DNA of 64,000 bases, taken from positions 1,724 to 65,723 of the forward strand of contig JAUXAU010000002.1 of assembly GCA_030619765.1 (NCBI GenBank). Direction: 5' to 3'. Position numbers and translations under genes: made by a program. Below, piece after piece: positions 46,780-56,733 of this stretch (positions are counted from its first letter, which is position 1; each line of letters begins with the position of its first letter). The notes below the pieces were generated by a model that saw only the letters and a program-made list of their open reading frames with translations, ran no database searches and was not told the origin of the DNA. The stretch comes from Thermoplasmatota archaeon. GTDB lineage: Archaea > Thermoplasmatota > E2 > DHVEG-1.

Positions 46780-47271
46780 TCAATTTAAAGGTTTTATAGA
46801 CATTTCGATTCTTTGTAATAGCTTGTACAACAATGGAAAGTTATGTGATATCGAATCTTCTATTTCTTGTAAATGGAATGTAAATGTTTGATCATCAACT
46901 ACCAGAAAATCAAACATAATAATTTGATACTCTTCGTTTACGTCATCAATAGTAACTCTATAATTAGAATCAATCTCTAATTCAAGAACACAAAATCCGT
47001 CCTCATTAGTAATATTTGAGTCGTTATGCCCCGTATCTAGTCCATATGCAACTATTGGTACATTCTCTATTGGATCACAGGCACATCCATCACCCACAAA
47101 TAGAGTGAATTCGATTTGTGCAAAAAATAAAGGTTGATTTGCTGGACGTTTGTTTTTTTGGACAATTTCTTCATCAAAACCTCCTATTGTCATAGTGGTA
47201 AATAGCGAAATCACCAAGAGTATTGTTATGCTAGCCCTTATAATTTTACTCATTCCATTGTTTGTCTTCAT
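46780..47271 (-). CDS. secreted protein, unknown function, with FPLL-type C-terminal tail
   Basis: N-terminal anchor/signal. C-terminus ...SISHNFPLLYKLLQRIEMSIKPLN. Confidence 0.45.
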   Translation of the reverse strand: MKTNNGMSKIIRASITILLVISLFTTMTIGGFDEEIVQKNKRPANQPLFFAQIEFTLFVGDGCACDPIENVPIVAYGLDTGHNDSNITNEDGFCVLELEIDSNYRVTIDDVNEEYQIIMFDFLVVDDQTFTFHLQEIEDSISHNFPLLYKLLQRIEMSIKPLN

Positions 47272-47451
47272 ATTTTCCCCTAAAATAATTAACAGGTGTT
47301 AACTATTTATATTTTCCCATCGGCTATTAAAATTTTTCACAGGTTGAAAAGGAATTATTGATTTTTGAAATTAAATATTAATTTTTAAAATACAGACGAA
47401 AAACTTTTAAATATTGCCCGTAGTTAATTTATCGCCGTTAAGAGGATCAAA

Positions 47452-48285
47452 ATGAAAGAAAAAGAAATTAAAAAAATAGTAAGAAAAGGATATGCAGATA
47501 TAGTTAAAAAGAAAAAACCTTGCTGTGGTCCTGTCAGACCCTGCTGTGAAGGTGCTAACACGGCAGAAGACATTAGTAAAAACATAGGGTACACTGAAGA
47601 AGAACTTAAATCGGCTCCAGAAGGAGCAAATCTTGGTCTTGGCTGTGGAAACCCGATTGCTCTAGCATCCCTACAGCAAGGTGAAACTGTTCTTGATCTT
47701 GGTTCTGGTGCTGGTTTCGATTGTTTCCTTGCAGCGAATAAAGTTGGGAGGAATGGGAAAGTCATCGGCGTGGATATGACGTCGGAAATGATTGAAAAAG
47801 CCAGAGAAAACGCCGAAAAAGGCAATTATAAAAATGTAGAATTTAGGCTTGGAGAGATTGAAGATATACCTGCTGCCGATAATTCCATTGACGTAGTCAT
47901 TTCGAACTGTGTCATTAATCTCTCACCTAATAAAGCAAAGGTTTTTAAAGAAACTTTTAGGGTGTTAAAACTTGGTGGAAGGCTGATGGTGTCAGATATT
48001 GTCTTGTTAAAAGAACTTCCAGATTTTATAAAAAAATCTGTTGAGGCATATGTTGGTTGTATTTCAGGCGCAATAATGAAAGATAAGTATTTAGAAGCGA
48101 TAAAAGAGGCAGGTTTCCAGGATGTAAATGTAATAGATGAAACATCCTTTCCCATTGAATTTATGGCTAATGATCCAACTGCAAAAGCAGTTATCAAAAA
48201 GATAAATATAGCATCAGAGGAATTAAAAGAGATAGGAAATATAGTCGTTAGCATTAAGGTAGAAGGAAAGAAAACAAGAGATTAG
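47452..48285 (+). CDS. arsM: arsenite S-adenosylmethionine methyltransferase (ArsM/AS3MT-like)
   Basis: N-terminal Cys pairs KKPCCGPVRPCCEG. SAM motif VLDLGSGAGFDCFLAA...GKVIGVDMT and VVISNCVINLSPNK. Confidence 0.75.
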   Translation: MKEKEIKKIVRKGYADIVKKKKPCCGPVRPCCEGANTAEDISKNIGYTEEELKSAPEGANLGLGCGNPIALASLQQGETVLDLGSGAGFDCFLAANKVGRNGKVIGVDMTSEMIEKARENAEKGNYKNVEFRLGEIEDIPAADNSIDVVISNCVINLSPNKAKVFKETFRVLKLGGRLMVSDIVLLKELPDFIKKSVEAYVGCISGAIMKDKYLEAIKEAGFQDVNVIDETSFPIEFMANDPTAKAVIKKINIASEELKEIGNIVVSIKVEGKKTRD

Positions 48286-48547
48286 GCAGAGTTTTTTTGT
48301 AAGATTCCAATAAATAACATCTTGGATTTTTTTATGACTGCGGCCTTTAATTTTATTTTTCTCTGCATATCATTTATGAATTTTCAATCCAAATATATCT
48401 ACATATCTTAATTTTCCTTTGGCATCTTGAACAGATAAGTATGTACGATGAATTAATCTTTTGTTGTGATTATTGTATACTTTTTTGACGAAAGTTTTAA
48501 ATAAGGTAGTATTATTATATAACATGAATTAATATTCTTAATGGGGG

Positions 48548-48937
48548 TTGAAAAGAATGAATAAGAAAATTACAGCCTTACTTGTATGTACGTTAATGCT
48601 ATCTACAATCCCCCTTGCAGCAGGATTAAATAATAATATTGCAGAGGAAATTGAATCAAAATCAGTGAATGGAGAATCTCCCACTCCTGATATTGTTGGT
48701 CGAGTTTGGCTTAGAGGATGGATCTTTCGTCGTATCAAGACAGGACATATCAGTAATGCAATAGCTATCCGACTACATTATATTGAATTTACTCCAACTG
48801 AAAGGACTTGGGGGGTAGTTAATTTTCAGAGAGTAGCATTTAGAGATTTCCTATATATTGGACGGATGTATGAAACACCGCTTGGGGTTCTCGGATTTGT
48901 AATTGGATTTTTCCGTGGTGGATTAGAAATTTATTAA
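48548..48937 (+). CDS. small secreted protein, paralogue family A
   Basis: Signal LLVCTLMLSTIPLAAGL, then VGRVWLRGWIFRRIKTG...AIAIRLHYIEFTPTERTWGVV...YIGRMYETPLGVLGFVIGFFRGGLEIY. Confidence 0.55.
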   Translation: MKRMNKKITALLVCTLMLSTIPLAAGLNNNIAEEIESKSVNGESPTPDIVGRVWLRGWIFRRIKTGHISNAIAIRLHYIEFTPTERTWGVVNFQRVAFRDFLYIGRMYETPLGVLGFVIGFFRGGLEIY

Positions 48938-49167
48938 AATAGTAACGACATTAGATTATGGATACCAATTGTTTAAAGTGCTTTTTTCTATTGTTTATCC
49001 TGTGACAAGTATTATTAAAAAGAGTTAATAACAATAAACTTGCCTGTAAAAATTTATAAAAGACATTTTGGCAAATTGAACCATTTACACTTTGAAATTT
49101 TCCCTAGATAATTATATATAATATTTTTTGAAAAATTAAGTTTAGGTAGTGGTGGAGAATTAAATAG

Positions 49168-49479
49168 ATGGCAAAGATGAAAGGAAAAGATGAAGGTATA
49201 TCTATTAAAGAGTTAATTGACGAACTTCTAGAAACAAGTATTTTTAAAGATATAGCTAAGAGAAACGATAAAAACTTTGCTCAAAAACTTGCTGTGTGGC
49301 TAGTTAGATATATCTTGGTTATTTCTTCAATGAATGAATCTTTAAAAATAGATCTAGAAGAGATTTTACAGGATTTACATGGAGAAAAATTTAGAGAAAT
49401 CTTGGAGATTACAGAAACAGTGTTTCATGTTATTAATGAGGATTCGAATCATCCAATATACTCTAAATACATCTTGTAA
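49168..49479 (+). CDS. 103-aa hypothetical protein
   Basis: ORF only. No motif recognised. Confidence 0.35.
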   Translation: MAKMKGKDEGISIKELIDELLETSIFKDIAKRNDKNFAQKLAVWLVRYILVISSMNESLKIDLEEILQDLHGEKFREILEITETVFHVINEDSNHPIYSKYIL

Positions 49480-49671
49480 AAAAATAAAATCTCTATTTCT
49501 CGATGTAAGCTTCCCTTTTCAAAGCCTGATTTCATGGAAAAGAACAGTTATAATAAATGGAAGACTTAGATTGGGATAATACAAAACAAAGTTTCAATGA
49601 TATTTTTATACAAAACATTTAAATTTAAGTATTTTATTACAATTTTACCAGATATATATAGGAGGAGGTAC

Positions 49672-49974
49672 ATGAACAGAATAATAGTAAGTGCTTTTGT
49701 CTGCCTGCTTTTCATAAGTATGATTCCCATAGCAGCAGGTTTAAATAGCGATATTGTAGAAGAAAGAGGTTCAGAATCAGTAGATAGGAGATTATATCTT
49801 GTTTTTGGTTTTTTTCCAGAAACAGCAAATGAAACAATTTGTTATTGGGTTATCCCTCCTTTTCTCATGGCGCAACTTTTAGTTGAAAATTTACGATTTG
49901 TATACCATGGTAGATTTTTCATAATAGGTTTTTCTACATGTAAACCAAATTATTGCCCTCCATCTTTGAACTGA
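49672..49974 (+). CDS. small secreted protein, divergent member of paralogue family A
   Basis: AGGAGGAGG RBS before ATG 49672. SMIPIAAGLNSDIVEERGSESVD matches STIPLAAGLNNNIAEEIESKSVN of the 48548 product. The rest is diverged. Confidence 0.45.
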   Translation: MNRIIVSAFVCLLFISMIPIAAGLNSDIVEERGSESVDRRLYLVFGFFPETANETICYWVIPPFLMAQLLVENLRFVYHGRFFIIGFSTCKPNYCPPSLN

Positions 49975-50233
49975 TCGTGTACAATCTTATGATGAATTTC
50001 TTTGTTTGATTGAAGATATACCTAAGGAGAAATTATCTGTTGATTGTTATCACGATTTATTGGTTAAAAAAAGCATGTGAACAACGGTTTTGACTCGATT
50101 TATAAAGGTTTGTATAATCGCCTATTTTTACTTACATATATAATGCTTCCATTTACGATTATGTATTGGAAAATAATTTAAATCAAAATCTGATTGCTTT
50201 GCTAGATTCTTGTTGTTTGGAGGAGGAATAGCT

Positions 50234-51412
50234 ATGAAAGAAGCAGTAATAGTTTCAGGTGTACGAACGGCACAGGGTAAATTTGCGGGTAGTTTGAAAA
50301 GTTTCTCTGCTCCGCAGCTTGGTGGTATGGCCATCAAAGAGGCTGTTAAGAGAGCAGGTATAAAACCAACTGATGTCGATGAAGTAATTATGGGTAATGT
50401 TGTCCCTGCAGGTCTTGGCCAGAATGTTGCACGACAAGCTGCAATAGCGGCTGGTATACCATATAAAGTCGGTGCTTTTCATGTTGATAAGGTATGTGGC
50501 TCATCACTTAAGGCTGTGGTATTAGCTGTTCAGGCTATCAAATGTGGAGATGCAGATGTTGTTGTTGCTGGTGGGATGGAGAGTATGACTAATTGTCCAT
50601 TTGCACTTCCAAAAGCTCGTTTTGGGTACCGATTGTTTGATGGAAAAGTTATTGACCTAATGATCCGAGATGGACTTTGGGATGTTTATAATGATTTTCA
50701 TATGGGTAATACTGGAGAGGTCGTAGCTGAGAAATACAATGTAACTAGACAAGACTGTGATAAGTTTGCCTTATGGAGTCATCAAAAAGCTGCGAAGGCT
50801 ACTGAAAACGGCAGCTTTAAGAATGAAATATTACCGATAGAGATTAAGCAGAAGAAAGGAGACCCCATTGTTTTTGACAAGGATGAAGGAATTAGAAAAG
50901 ATTCAACACTAGAGAAACTTGCTAAGCTACCACCGTTTTTTAGGAAGGACGGTGTGGTTACCGCAGGAAACGCCTCACAAATTACCGATGGTGCCTCTGC
51001 GGTTGTGGTTATGAGTGAAGATAAAGCAAAAAAAATGGGGATTACATCACTTGCAACAGTTAAAGGATATAACACGAGTGGTGTGGAGCCAGCATATGCG
51101 ATGGAAGCTCCTATTCCTGGTGTGAAGAGTCTTTTGAAAAAGATGAAATTCAGTATCGATGATATTGATTTAGTTGAACATAACGAGGCGTTTTCTTCTG
51201 CTTCTGTAGCGGTTATGAAGGGACTAGGTATTCCCAAGGAGAAATTTAATGTACACGGTGGTGCAGTTGCACTTGGCCATCCAATTGGCAATAGTGGATC
51301 AAGGATACTGATTACTCTTATGTATGCAATGAAAAAGTATAAGAAAACAAGAGGTCTTGCTACGATTTGTCTTGGAGGAGGAAATGCCGTCTCCATGATC
51401 ATTGAAAGGTAA
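50234..51412 (+). CDS. acetyl-CoA C-acetyltransferase (thiolase II)
   Basis: VCGSSLKAV (active Cys), [24 protein letters not shown] and [16 protein letters not shown] 50234 follows GGAGGAGG. Confidence 0.9.
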   Translation: MKEAVIVSGVRTAQGKFAGSLKSFSAPQLGGMAIKEAVKRAGIKPTDVDEVIMGNVVPAGLGQNVARQAAIAAGIPYKVGAFHVDKVCGSSLKAVVLAVQAIKCGDADVVVAGGMESMTNCPFALPKARFGYRLFDGKVIDLMIRDGLWDVYNDFHMGNTGEVVAEKYNVTRQDCDKFALWSHQKAAKATENGSFKNEILPIEIKQKKGDPIVFDKDEGIRKDSTLEKLAKLPPFFRKDGVVTAGNASQITDGASAVVVMSEDKAKKMGITSLATVKGYNTSGVEPAYAMEAPIPGVKSLLKKMKFSIDDIDLVEHNEAFSSASVAVMKGLGIPKEKFNVHGGAVALGHPIGNSGSRILITLMYAMKKYKKTRGLATICLGGGNAVSMIIER

Positions 51413-51428
51413 ATTAGGAGGTTTTTTA

Positions 51429-52283
51429 ATGAAGGCTAAGAAAATAGGCGTTATTGGTGCTGGTCAGATGGGGCATGGTATCGCTCTAGTTGCTGCAAAA
51501 GCAGGTTTTGACGTTATTTTGAGGGATATTAAAGATGAGTATGTCAAGAAAGGACTGAGTAAAATTGAACGTTTTCTTGATAAAAGCATTGAGAAAGGGA
51601 AATTAACTGCCGAAGAAAAAAAGGCAATTCTTTTGCATATAAAAGGCACTACAAAACTTGAAGATCTCAAAGACGTTGACCTCGTCATTGAAGCGATCTT
51701 TGAAAATGTAGAAGTAAAGAAGACATTGTTTAAGGATCTGGATAAGATTTGTAAGAAAGAGACATATTTCGCGTCGAACACATCAACCATTCCTATAACT
51801 GATCTTGCTTCAGTTACAGGTAGACCTGAACATTTTATTGGTATGCATTTTATGAATCCTGTACCTATAATGAAACTAATAGAAGTTATAAAGGGACTTA
51901 AAACGTCTGATGAAACTGCAGCATTTATTAAAGAACTTGCAGAAAAAATGGGAAAAATACCTGTTGAGGTGAATGACGGACCTGGATTTGTATCAAACCG
52001 TGTGCTTATACCGATGATAAACGAAGCAGTGTTCTGTCTTATGGATGGAACGGGAACTGCTGAATCGATTGACAACGTAATGAAGCTAGGTATGAACCAT
52101 CCAATGGGTCCGCTAGAACTTGCAGATCTCATCGGTCTAGATGTATGTCTAGATATTATGAATGTACTTTACGAAGGCTTTAATGATTCCAAGTATAGGC
52201 CCTGCCCGTTGCTTAAAAAGATGGTTCAAGCAGGTCAGTTAGGGAGAAAAACCGGTAAAGGTTTCTATGATTATAGTAGGTGA
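51429..52283 (+). CDS. hbd: 3-hydroxybutyryl-CoA dehydrogenase
   Basis: [14 protein letters not shown] Rossmann motif, [11 protein letters not shown], and [14 protein letters not shown]. Confidence 0.9.
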   Translation: MKAKKIGVIGAGQMGHGIALVAAKAGFDVILRDIKDEYVKKGLSKIERFLDKSIEKGKLTAEEKKAILLHIKGTTKLEDLKDVDLVIEAIFENVEVKKTLFKDLDKICKKETYFASNTSTIPITDLASVTGRPEHFIGMHFMNPVPIMKLIEVIKGLKTSDETAAFIKELAEKMGKIPVEVNDGPGFVSNRVLIPMINEAVFCLMDGTGTAESIDNVMKLGMNHPMGPLELADLIGLDVCLDIMNVLYEGFNDSKYRPCPLLKKMVQAGQLGRKTGKGFYDYSR

Positions 52284-52290
52284 TCTAGGT

Positions 52291-53070
52291 ATGGCGTTTA
52301 AGAATATTGTAGTCGAGAAGAAAGATGGCATTGGTACTATAAAGATTAACAGGCCTAATGTGTTGAATGCATTAAACAAAGATACAATTATAGAGCTTTC
52401 AAAGGCTGTTGAAGAATTAGAAAAAGATAAAAACATAAAAGTCGCAATACTCACCGGTGAGGGAAAAGCATTTATTGCGGGAGCAGACATAAAACAGATG
52501 TCAAATATGACGCCATTGGAAGCAAAAGAATTTGCAGAGATGGGACATGGCATGCTAACAAAGATTGAAAACTCACGGCTTCCATTCATTGCAGCGATAA
52601 ACGGATTTGCACTTGGTGGTGGATGTGAGGTTCTAATGGCATGTGATGTCTGCATTGCCTCAGCTAGCGCTAAGATTGGACAACCTGAGATTAATCTTGG
52701 CATCCACCCTGGTTTTGGAGGTACGCAGCGATTGCCAAGGCTTGTCGGGAGAATGAAGGCAAAAGAACTTCTTTTAACAGGCCGCAATCTTGACGCAAAT
52801 GAGGCACATAGCATTGGACTTGTAAACATGGTTGTTGAAGACGAAAAATTGATGGAGGAGGTCAAGAAACTAGCAGGTAAGATAGCAAGTAAATCACCGG
52901 TACAAACAGCCTTTATCAAAGCACTCGTCAATAAAGGCATTGATATTGATCTAAATTCAGCTCGCTCATTAGAAATATCATATTTTTCATCAGGTTTTTC
53001 CACACATGATCAGAAAGAGGGCATGAAAGCCTTTTTGGAAAAGAGAAAACCAGTGTTCAAAGGAAAATAA
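52291..53070 (+). CDS. crt: enoyl-CoA hydratase (crotonase)
   Basis: KAFIAGADIKQM and INGFALGGGCEVLMACD motifs. Confidence 0.85.
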   Translation: MAFKNIVVEKKDGIGTIKINRPNVLNALNKDTIIELSKAVEELEKDKNIKVAILTGEGKAFIAGADIKQMSNMTPLEAKEFAEMGHGMLTKIENSRLPFIAAINGFALGGGCEVLMACDVCIASASAKIGQPEINLGIHPGFGGTQRLPRLVGRMKAKELLLTGRNLDANEAHSIGLVNMVVEDEKLMEEVKKLAGKIASKSPVQTAFIKALVNKGIDIDLNSARSLEISYFSSGFSTHDQKEGMKAFLEKRKPVFKGK

Positions 53071-53075
53071 TACGT

Positions 53076-54017
53076 CTACCTTAGAATCTTTCCCAGTATT
53101 TCGTCTGCAGCTGTATAAGGATCAAGTTCTTTGTTAGAAATCTGATCAATTAATGATTCAATTTTACCTTTAAATTTTGATTCGTCAAAAATAAAGTTCA
53201 TGAGTCGTTTCCTAATGATTTCAACAAGCTCAGCTTCATATCGTTTCCTTCGTTGAACTTCAAACATTTTACTTTTTTTCAGATATTTCTTATGCTTGTC
53301 GATTTCATCGATGAGCTCTACAACACCTTTGCTTTCTTTAGATATAGTTGTAAGAACAGGTGTTTTTCTATCTCTATTTGTACATGCAATATCAACCAGA
53401 CTTTCAACCTCAGCAAGAGTCTGTTCAACACCGGATCGATCAGCTTTATTCACTACATAAATATCAGCAATCTCCATAACACCTGCTTTAATCATCTGAA
53501 TAGAATCACCAAGACCTGGAACCAAGACAACAATCGTCGTATCGGCAATCTTTATCACATCAACCTCAGCCTGACCAACACCGACAGTCTCAACCATTAC
53601 AATATCCATCCCAGCGGCATCAAGGATCTCCACGACATCATACACAGCAGTAGTTAAGCCTCCAAGCATTCCGCGGGTTCCCATACTCCGAATAAAAACA
53701 CCATTATCTGTGGCAAACTCCATCATTCTAATGCGATCTCCAAGCAAGGCACCGCCGCTAAATGGGCTGGTTGGATCAATAGCAATGATACCAACCTCCA
53801 ATCCTTGCTTTCTATATTCGCGAGTAAGTTCACAAATCAATGTACTCTTACCACTTCCCATCACACCGGTGATACCAATCACATGAGCATCACCAGTATG
53901 CAGATGAATATCTTTCATCGCACCAATCGCTTCAGGAGAATTATTTTCGGCAAGCGTAATCAACCGAGCAACTGATTGAGGATCACCTTTCAAAACCCTG
54001 GACGCAATATCATTCAT
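53076..54017 (-). CDS. MeaB/ArgK-type G-protein chaperone for B12-dependent acyl-CoA mutase
   Basis: P-loop [20 protein letters not shown] and VVNKADR. Confidence 0.85.
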   Translation of the reverse strand: MNDIASRVLKGDPQSVARLITLAENNSPEAIGAMKDIHLHTGDAHVIGITGVMGSGKSTLICELTREYRKQGLEVGIIAIDPTSPFSGGALLGDRIRMMEFATDNGVFIRSMGTRGMLGGLTTAVYDVVEILDAAGMDIVMVETVGVGQAEVDVIKIADTTIVVLVPGLGDSIQMIKAGVMEIADIYVVNKADRSGVEQTLAEVESLVDIACTNRDRKTPVLTTISKESKGVVELIDEIDKHKKYLKKSKMFEVQRRKRYEAELVEIIRKRLMNFIFDESKFKGKIESLIDQISNKELDPYTAADEILGKILR

Positions 54018-54409
54018 CGTTTCACATTCTTTCTAATGAATTCAACAATGTCCTCTATGCGGGTACCAGGTCCAAAAACACCAGCGATACCTGCTTTCTT
54101 CAGTGCAGGTATGTCTTCTTCAGGGATGACGCCGCCACCTACGACCAAGACATCTTCCATATCTTTCCCTTTTAAAAGTCTAGTAACGTCCATAAACAAG
54201 GTCATATGTGCTCCAGACAACAGACTAAGACCAATAACATCGACATCCTCTTGAACTGCAGTTTTCACAATCATCTCAGCAGTCTGATGCAGACCAGTAT
54301 ACACTACTTCCATACCAGCATCACGTAAAGCACGGGCAACAATTTTAGCGCCACGATCATGACCATCAAGGCCAGGTTTTGCTATCAGCACTCTAATCTT
54401 TCGTTTCAT
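54014..54409 (-). CDS. acyl-CoA mutase small subunit (B12-binding domain)
   Basis: [21 protein letters not shown] (DxHxxG cobalamin-binding motif) and [10 protein letters not shown]. Confidence 0.9.
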   Translation of the reverse strand: MKRKIRVLIAKPGLDGHDRGAKIVARALRDAGMEVVYTGLHQTAEMIVKTAVQEDVDVIGLSLLSGAHMTLFMDVTRLLKGKDMEDVLVVGGGVIPEEDIPALKKAGIAGVFGPGTRIEDIVEFIRKNVKR

Positions 54410-54424
54410 AACAAATCATCCTCC

Positions 54425-56101
54425 TTAATATATTGCAGGTTCTTTATATTCTCCAAAAACCTCCCTTAGAACGTCGCATGTTTCACCTAATGTAGCATAG
54501 GAATGAACACAATCAAGGATATATGGCATAAGATTTTCAACTCCCTCAGCTGCTTTTTTAAGACGTTTAAGATTTCTATCAAACTTTGATTGATTCCGAT
54601 CCTTACGAAGTTTCTTTAATCTGTTTATTTGACGGTGTTCTCCTTTTTCATCCATCTCCAAAATTGGAACAGATAGTTCTTCGTCCATCTTGTACTGGTT
54701 AACACCAACAATCGTACGTTCTTTTTCATCAATCTCCTTCTGATATTTATATGCACTTTCAGCTATTTCACGTTGAAAAAAACCTTTTTCAATTGCCGAA
54801 ATAACACCACCAAACCGTTCGACCTTTTCAAAATACTTGTAAGTTTCTTCCTCTATCTTATCTGTAAGCCATTCAATATAATATGAACCGCCTAATGGAT
54901 CGATAGTATCTGTTACTCCGCTCTCCTCAGCTATTATCTGTTGAGTTCTTAGAGCAATTCTTGCCGCTTTTTCAGATGGGAGCGCTAATGCCTCATCCAT
55001 TGAGTTCGTATGAAGAGATTGCGTACCACCTAGAACCGCTGCAAGAGCCTGCATTGTCACGCGTACAATATTAATTTCAGGCTGTTGAGCAGTGAGGGAA
55101 CATCCAGCAGTCTGGGTATGAAAACGCATAATAAGAGAACGGTCTTTTTTTGCTCCCAATTTTTTCAGTTCTTTAGCCCAAATCCTACGAGCGGCTCGAT
55201 ATTTTGCAATCTCTTCAAAAAAATCACTATGTGCATTAAAGAAAAAACTTAATCTCGGTGCAAACTCATCGATTAAAAGACCTCGCTCCATCGCAGATTT
55301 CACATATTCCAGTCCATCTCCTAATGTAAATGCAAGTTCTTGGACGGCTGTAGAACCTGCCTCCCGAATATGATAGCCACTAATACTAATCGTATTCCAG
55401 CGCGGAACCTGTTTAAATCCATATTCAAATGTATCAACAATCAAACGCATAGAAGGCTCTGGCGGGAAAATAAACGATTTCTGAGCAATATATTCCTTCA
55501 AAATGTCATTTTGAATGGTTCCACCAATCGTATTTTTACCAATGCCACGATTTTCAGCATTTGCGATGTAGAAGCCCCATACGATTGCAGCGGGCCCATT
55601 GATCGTCATAGAGGTTGTTACCTTGTCAATTGGGATTTCACTAAACAAAATCTCCATATCTTGGAGAGAAGAAATCGCAACACCACATTTGCCAAATTCA
55701 CCACGAGCAAGTGGATGATCAGTATCATAGCCATACAATGTTGGATAATCAAACGCTACACTCAGACCAGTCTCGCCATGTTCCAACAAATATTTGTATC
55801 GCTGATTAGTCTCCTCTGCACTGCCAAACCCAGCAAATTGGCGCATCGTCCACAAACGACCACGATACATTGTCGAGTAGACACCACGAAGAAACGGGTA
55901 ACCCCCTGGAAAACCCATATCTTTAATATAATCCAGATGTGCAATGTCCTCTGGAGTGTAGACATTCTTTATCTTAGTAGCTGACAAGTTTTCAAACTTA
56001 ATCTTACGCTCAGGGTACTCTTTTGCCATATTTGAATAACAGTTTTCTTCCCAATCAACTCGTTTATCTCTTATTTTGTTTAATTCTTTTTTTTCATACA
56101 T
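54425..56101 (-). CDS. B12-dependent acyl-CoA mutase large (substrate-binding) subunit, isobutyryl-CoA-mutase-type signature residues
   Basis: WTMRQFAGFGSAEETN, GLSVAFDYPT, TIQNDILKEYIAQKSFIFPPEPSMR and SISGYHIREAG. Phe and Gln occupy the positions of Tyr89 and Arg207 of P. shermanii methylmalonyl-CoA mutase. Confidence 0.85.
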   Translation of the reverse strand: MYEKKELNKIRDKRVDWEENCYSNMAKEYPERKIKFENLSATKIKNVYTPEDIAHLDYIKDMGFPGGYPFLRGVYSTMYRGRLWTMRQFAGFGSAEETNQRYKYLLEHGETGLSVAFDYPTLYGYDTDHPLARGEFGKCGVAISSLQDMEILFSEIPIDKVTTSMTINGPAAIVWGFYIANAENRGIGKNTIGGTIQNDILKEYIAQKSFIFPPEPSMRLIVDTFEYGFKQVPRWNTISISGYHIREAGSTAVQELAFTLGDGLEYVKSAMERGLLIDEFAPRLSFFFNAHSDFFEEIAKYRAARRIWAKELKKLGAKKDRSLIMRFHTQTAGCSLTAQQPEINIVRVTMQALAAVLGGTQSLHTNSMDEALALPSEKAARIALRTQQIIAEESGVTDTIDPLGGSYYIEWLTDKIEEETYKYFEKVERFGGVISAIEKGFFQREIAESAYKYQKEIDEKERTIVGVNQYKMDEELSVPILEMDEKGEHRQINRLKKLRKDRNQSKFDRNLKRLKKAAEGVENLMPYILDCVHSYATLGETCDVLREVFGEYKEPAIY

Positions 56102-56117
56102 ATACGAGTCCTCTTAA

Positions 56118-56654
56118 TTAGTAATCAACACCTTTCCGGGCTAACACCCCTTTTTGATAAGGATGTTTTATCTCAAGCATCTCGGTAACAAGATCTGCAA
56201 TCTTTGATAACTCAGGAGGGGCATACCTGCCGGTTAATACTAGTTCAACTTTTTCTGGTTTTTCCTCAATCAGTTTCATCACATCCTCTACTGATATAAG
56301 ATTGTAGTCGATGGCAACGTTTATCTCATCAAGGATAACCATATCATATTTTCCATTTTTTACGATTTCCTGAGCATGTGCAAAACCTTCCCGTGCGAAA
56401 TCTATGTCAATCTGCTCGGGGTTTTCTTTGGATACAAATTCATCACGACCATATTGAACAATGGTAAAGTTCGGAAGATGTTCCACAGAATCCAACTCAC
56501 TGTATCTTCGTCCTTTCATAAACTGAATCATATACACTTTAAAACCAGCACCTGCAGCCCGCAAACCTAAGCCTAGTGCAGAGGTTGTTTTACCTTTTCC
56601 AAGACCAGTATATACATGAATGTAGCCTTTTTCCAATGACATATTACAGTCCAT
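56118..56654 (-). CDS. cobO: cob(I)alamin adenosyltransferase, CobO/BtuR type
   Basis: GYIHVYTGLGKGKTTSALGLGLRAAG, ILDEINVAIDY. Start may be Met 56642. Confidence 0.8.
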   Translation of the reverse strand: MDCNMSLEKGYIHVYTGLGKGKTTSALGLGLRAAGAGFKVYMIQFMKGRRYSELDSVEHLPNFTIVQYGRDEFVSKENPEQIDIDFAREGFAHAQEIVKNGKYDMVILDEINVAIDYNLISVEDVMKLIEEKPEKVELVLTGRYAPPELSKIADLVTEMLEIKHPYQKGVLARKGVDY

Positions 56655-56733
56655 TAATTAGTTAGTTTGTTATATTTCTTTCTTTTAATACAGTATAGAA
56701 AGGTTTATTTTTGCTAATTTTATTCCCACCTCC

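Noticed and set aside
49981-50047. Possible C/D-box sRNA: ATGATGA C-box at 49989-49995, with terminal complementarity ACAATC/GATTGT.
   Set aside because: There is no canonical CUGA D-box (only CTGT/TTGA), no clear C'/D' pair, and the spacing between stem and C-box is atypical.
50782-53003. Long minus-strand ORFs (206, 222 and 254 aa) antisense to thiolase, hbd and crt. Similar antisense ORFs lie in arsM (47424-48254), dnaG, metG and the mutase.
   Set aside because: The sense strands carry unmistakable enzyme motifs. The antisense translations are Ser/Phe/Ile-rich with no motifs, which is typical of shadow ORFs.
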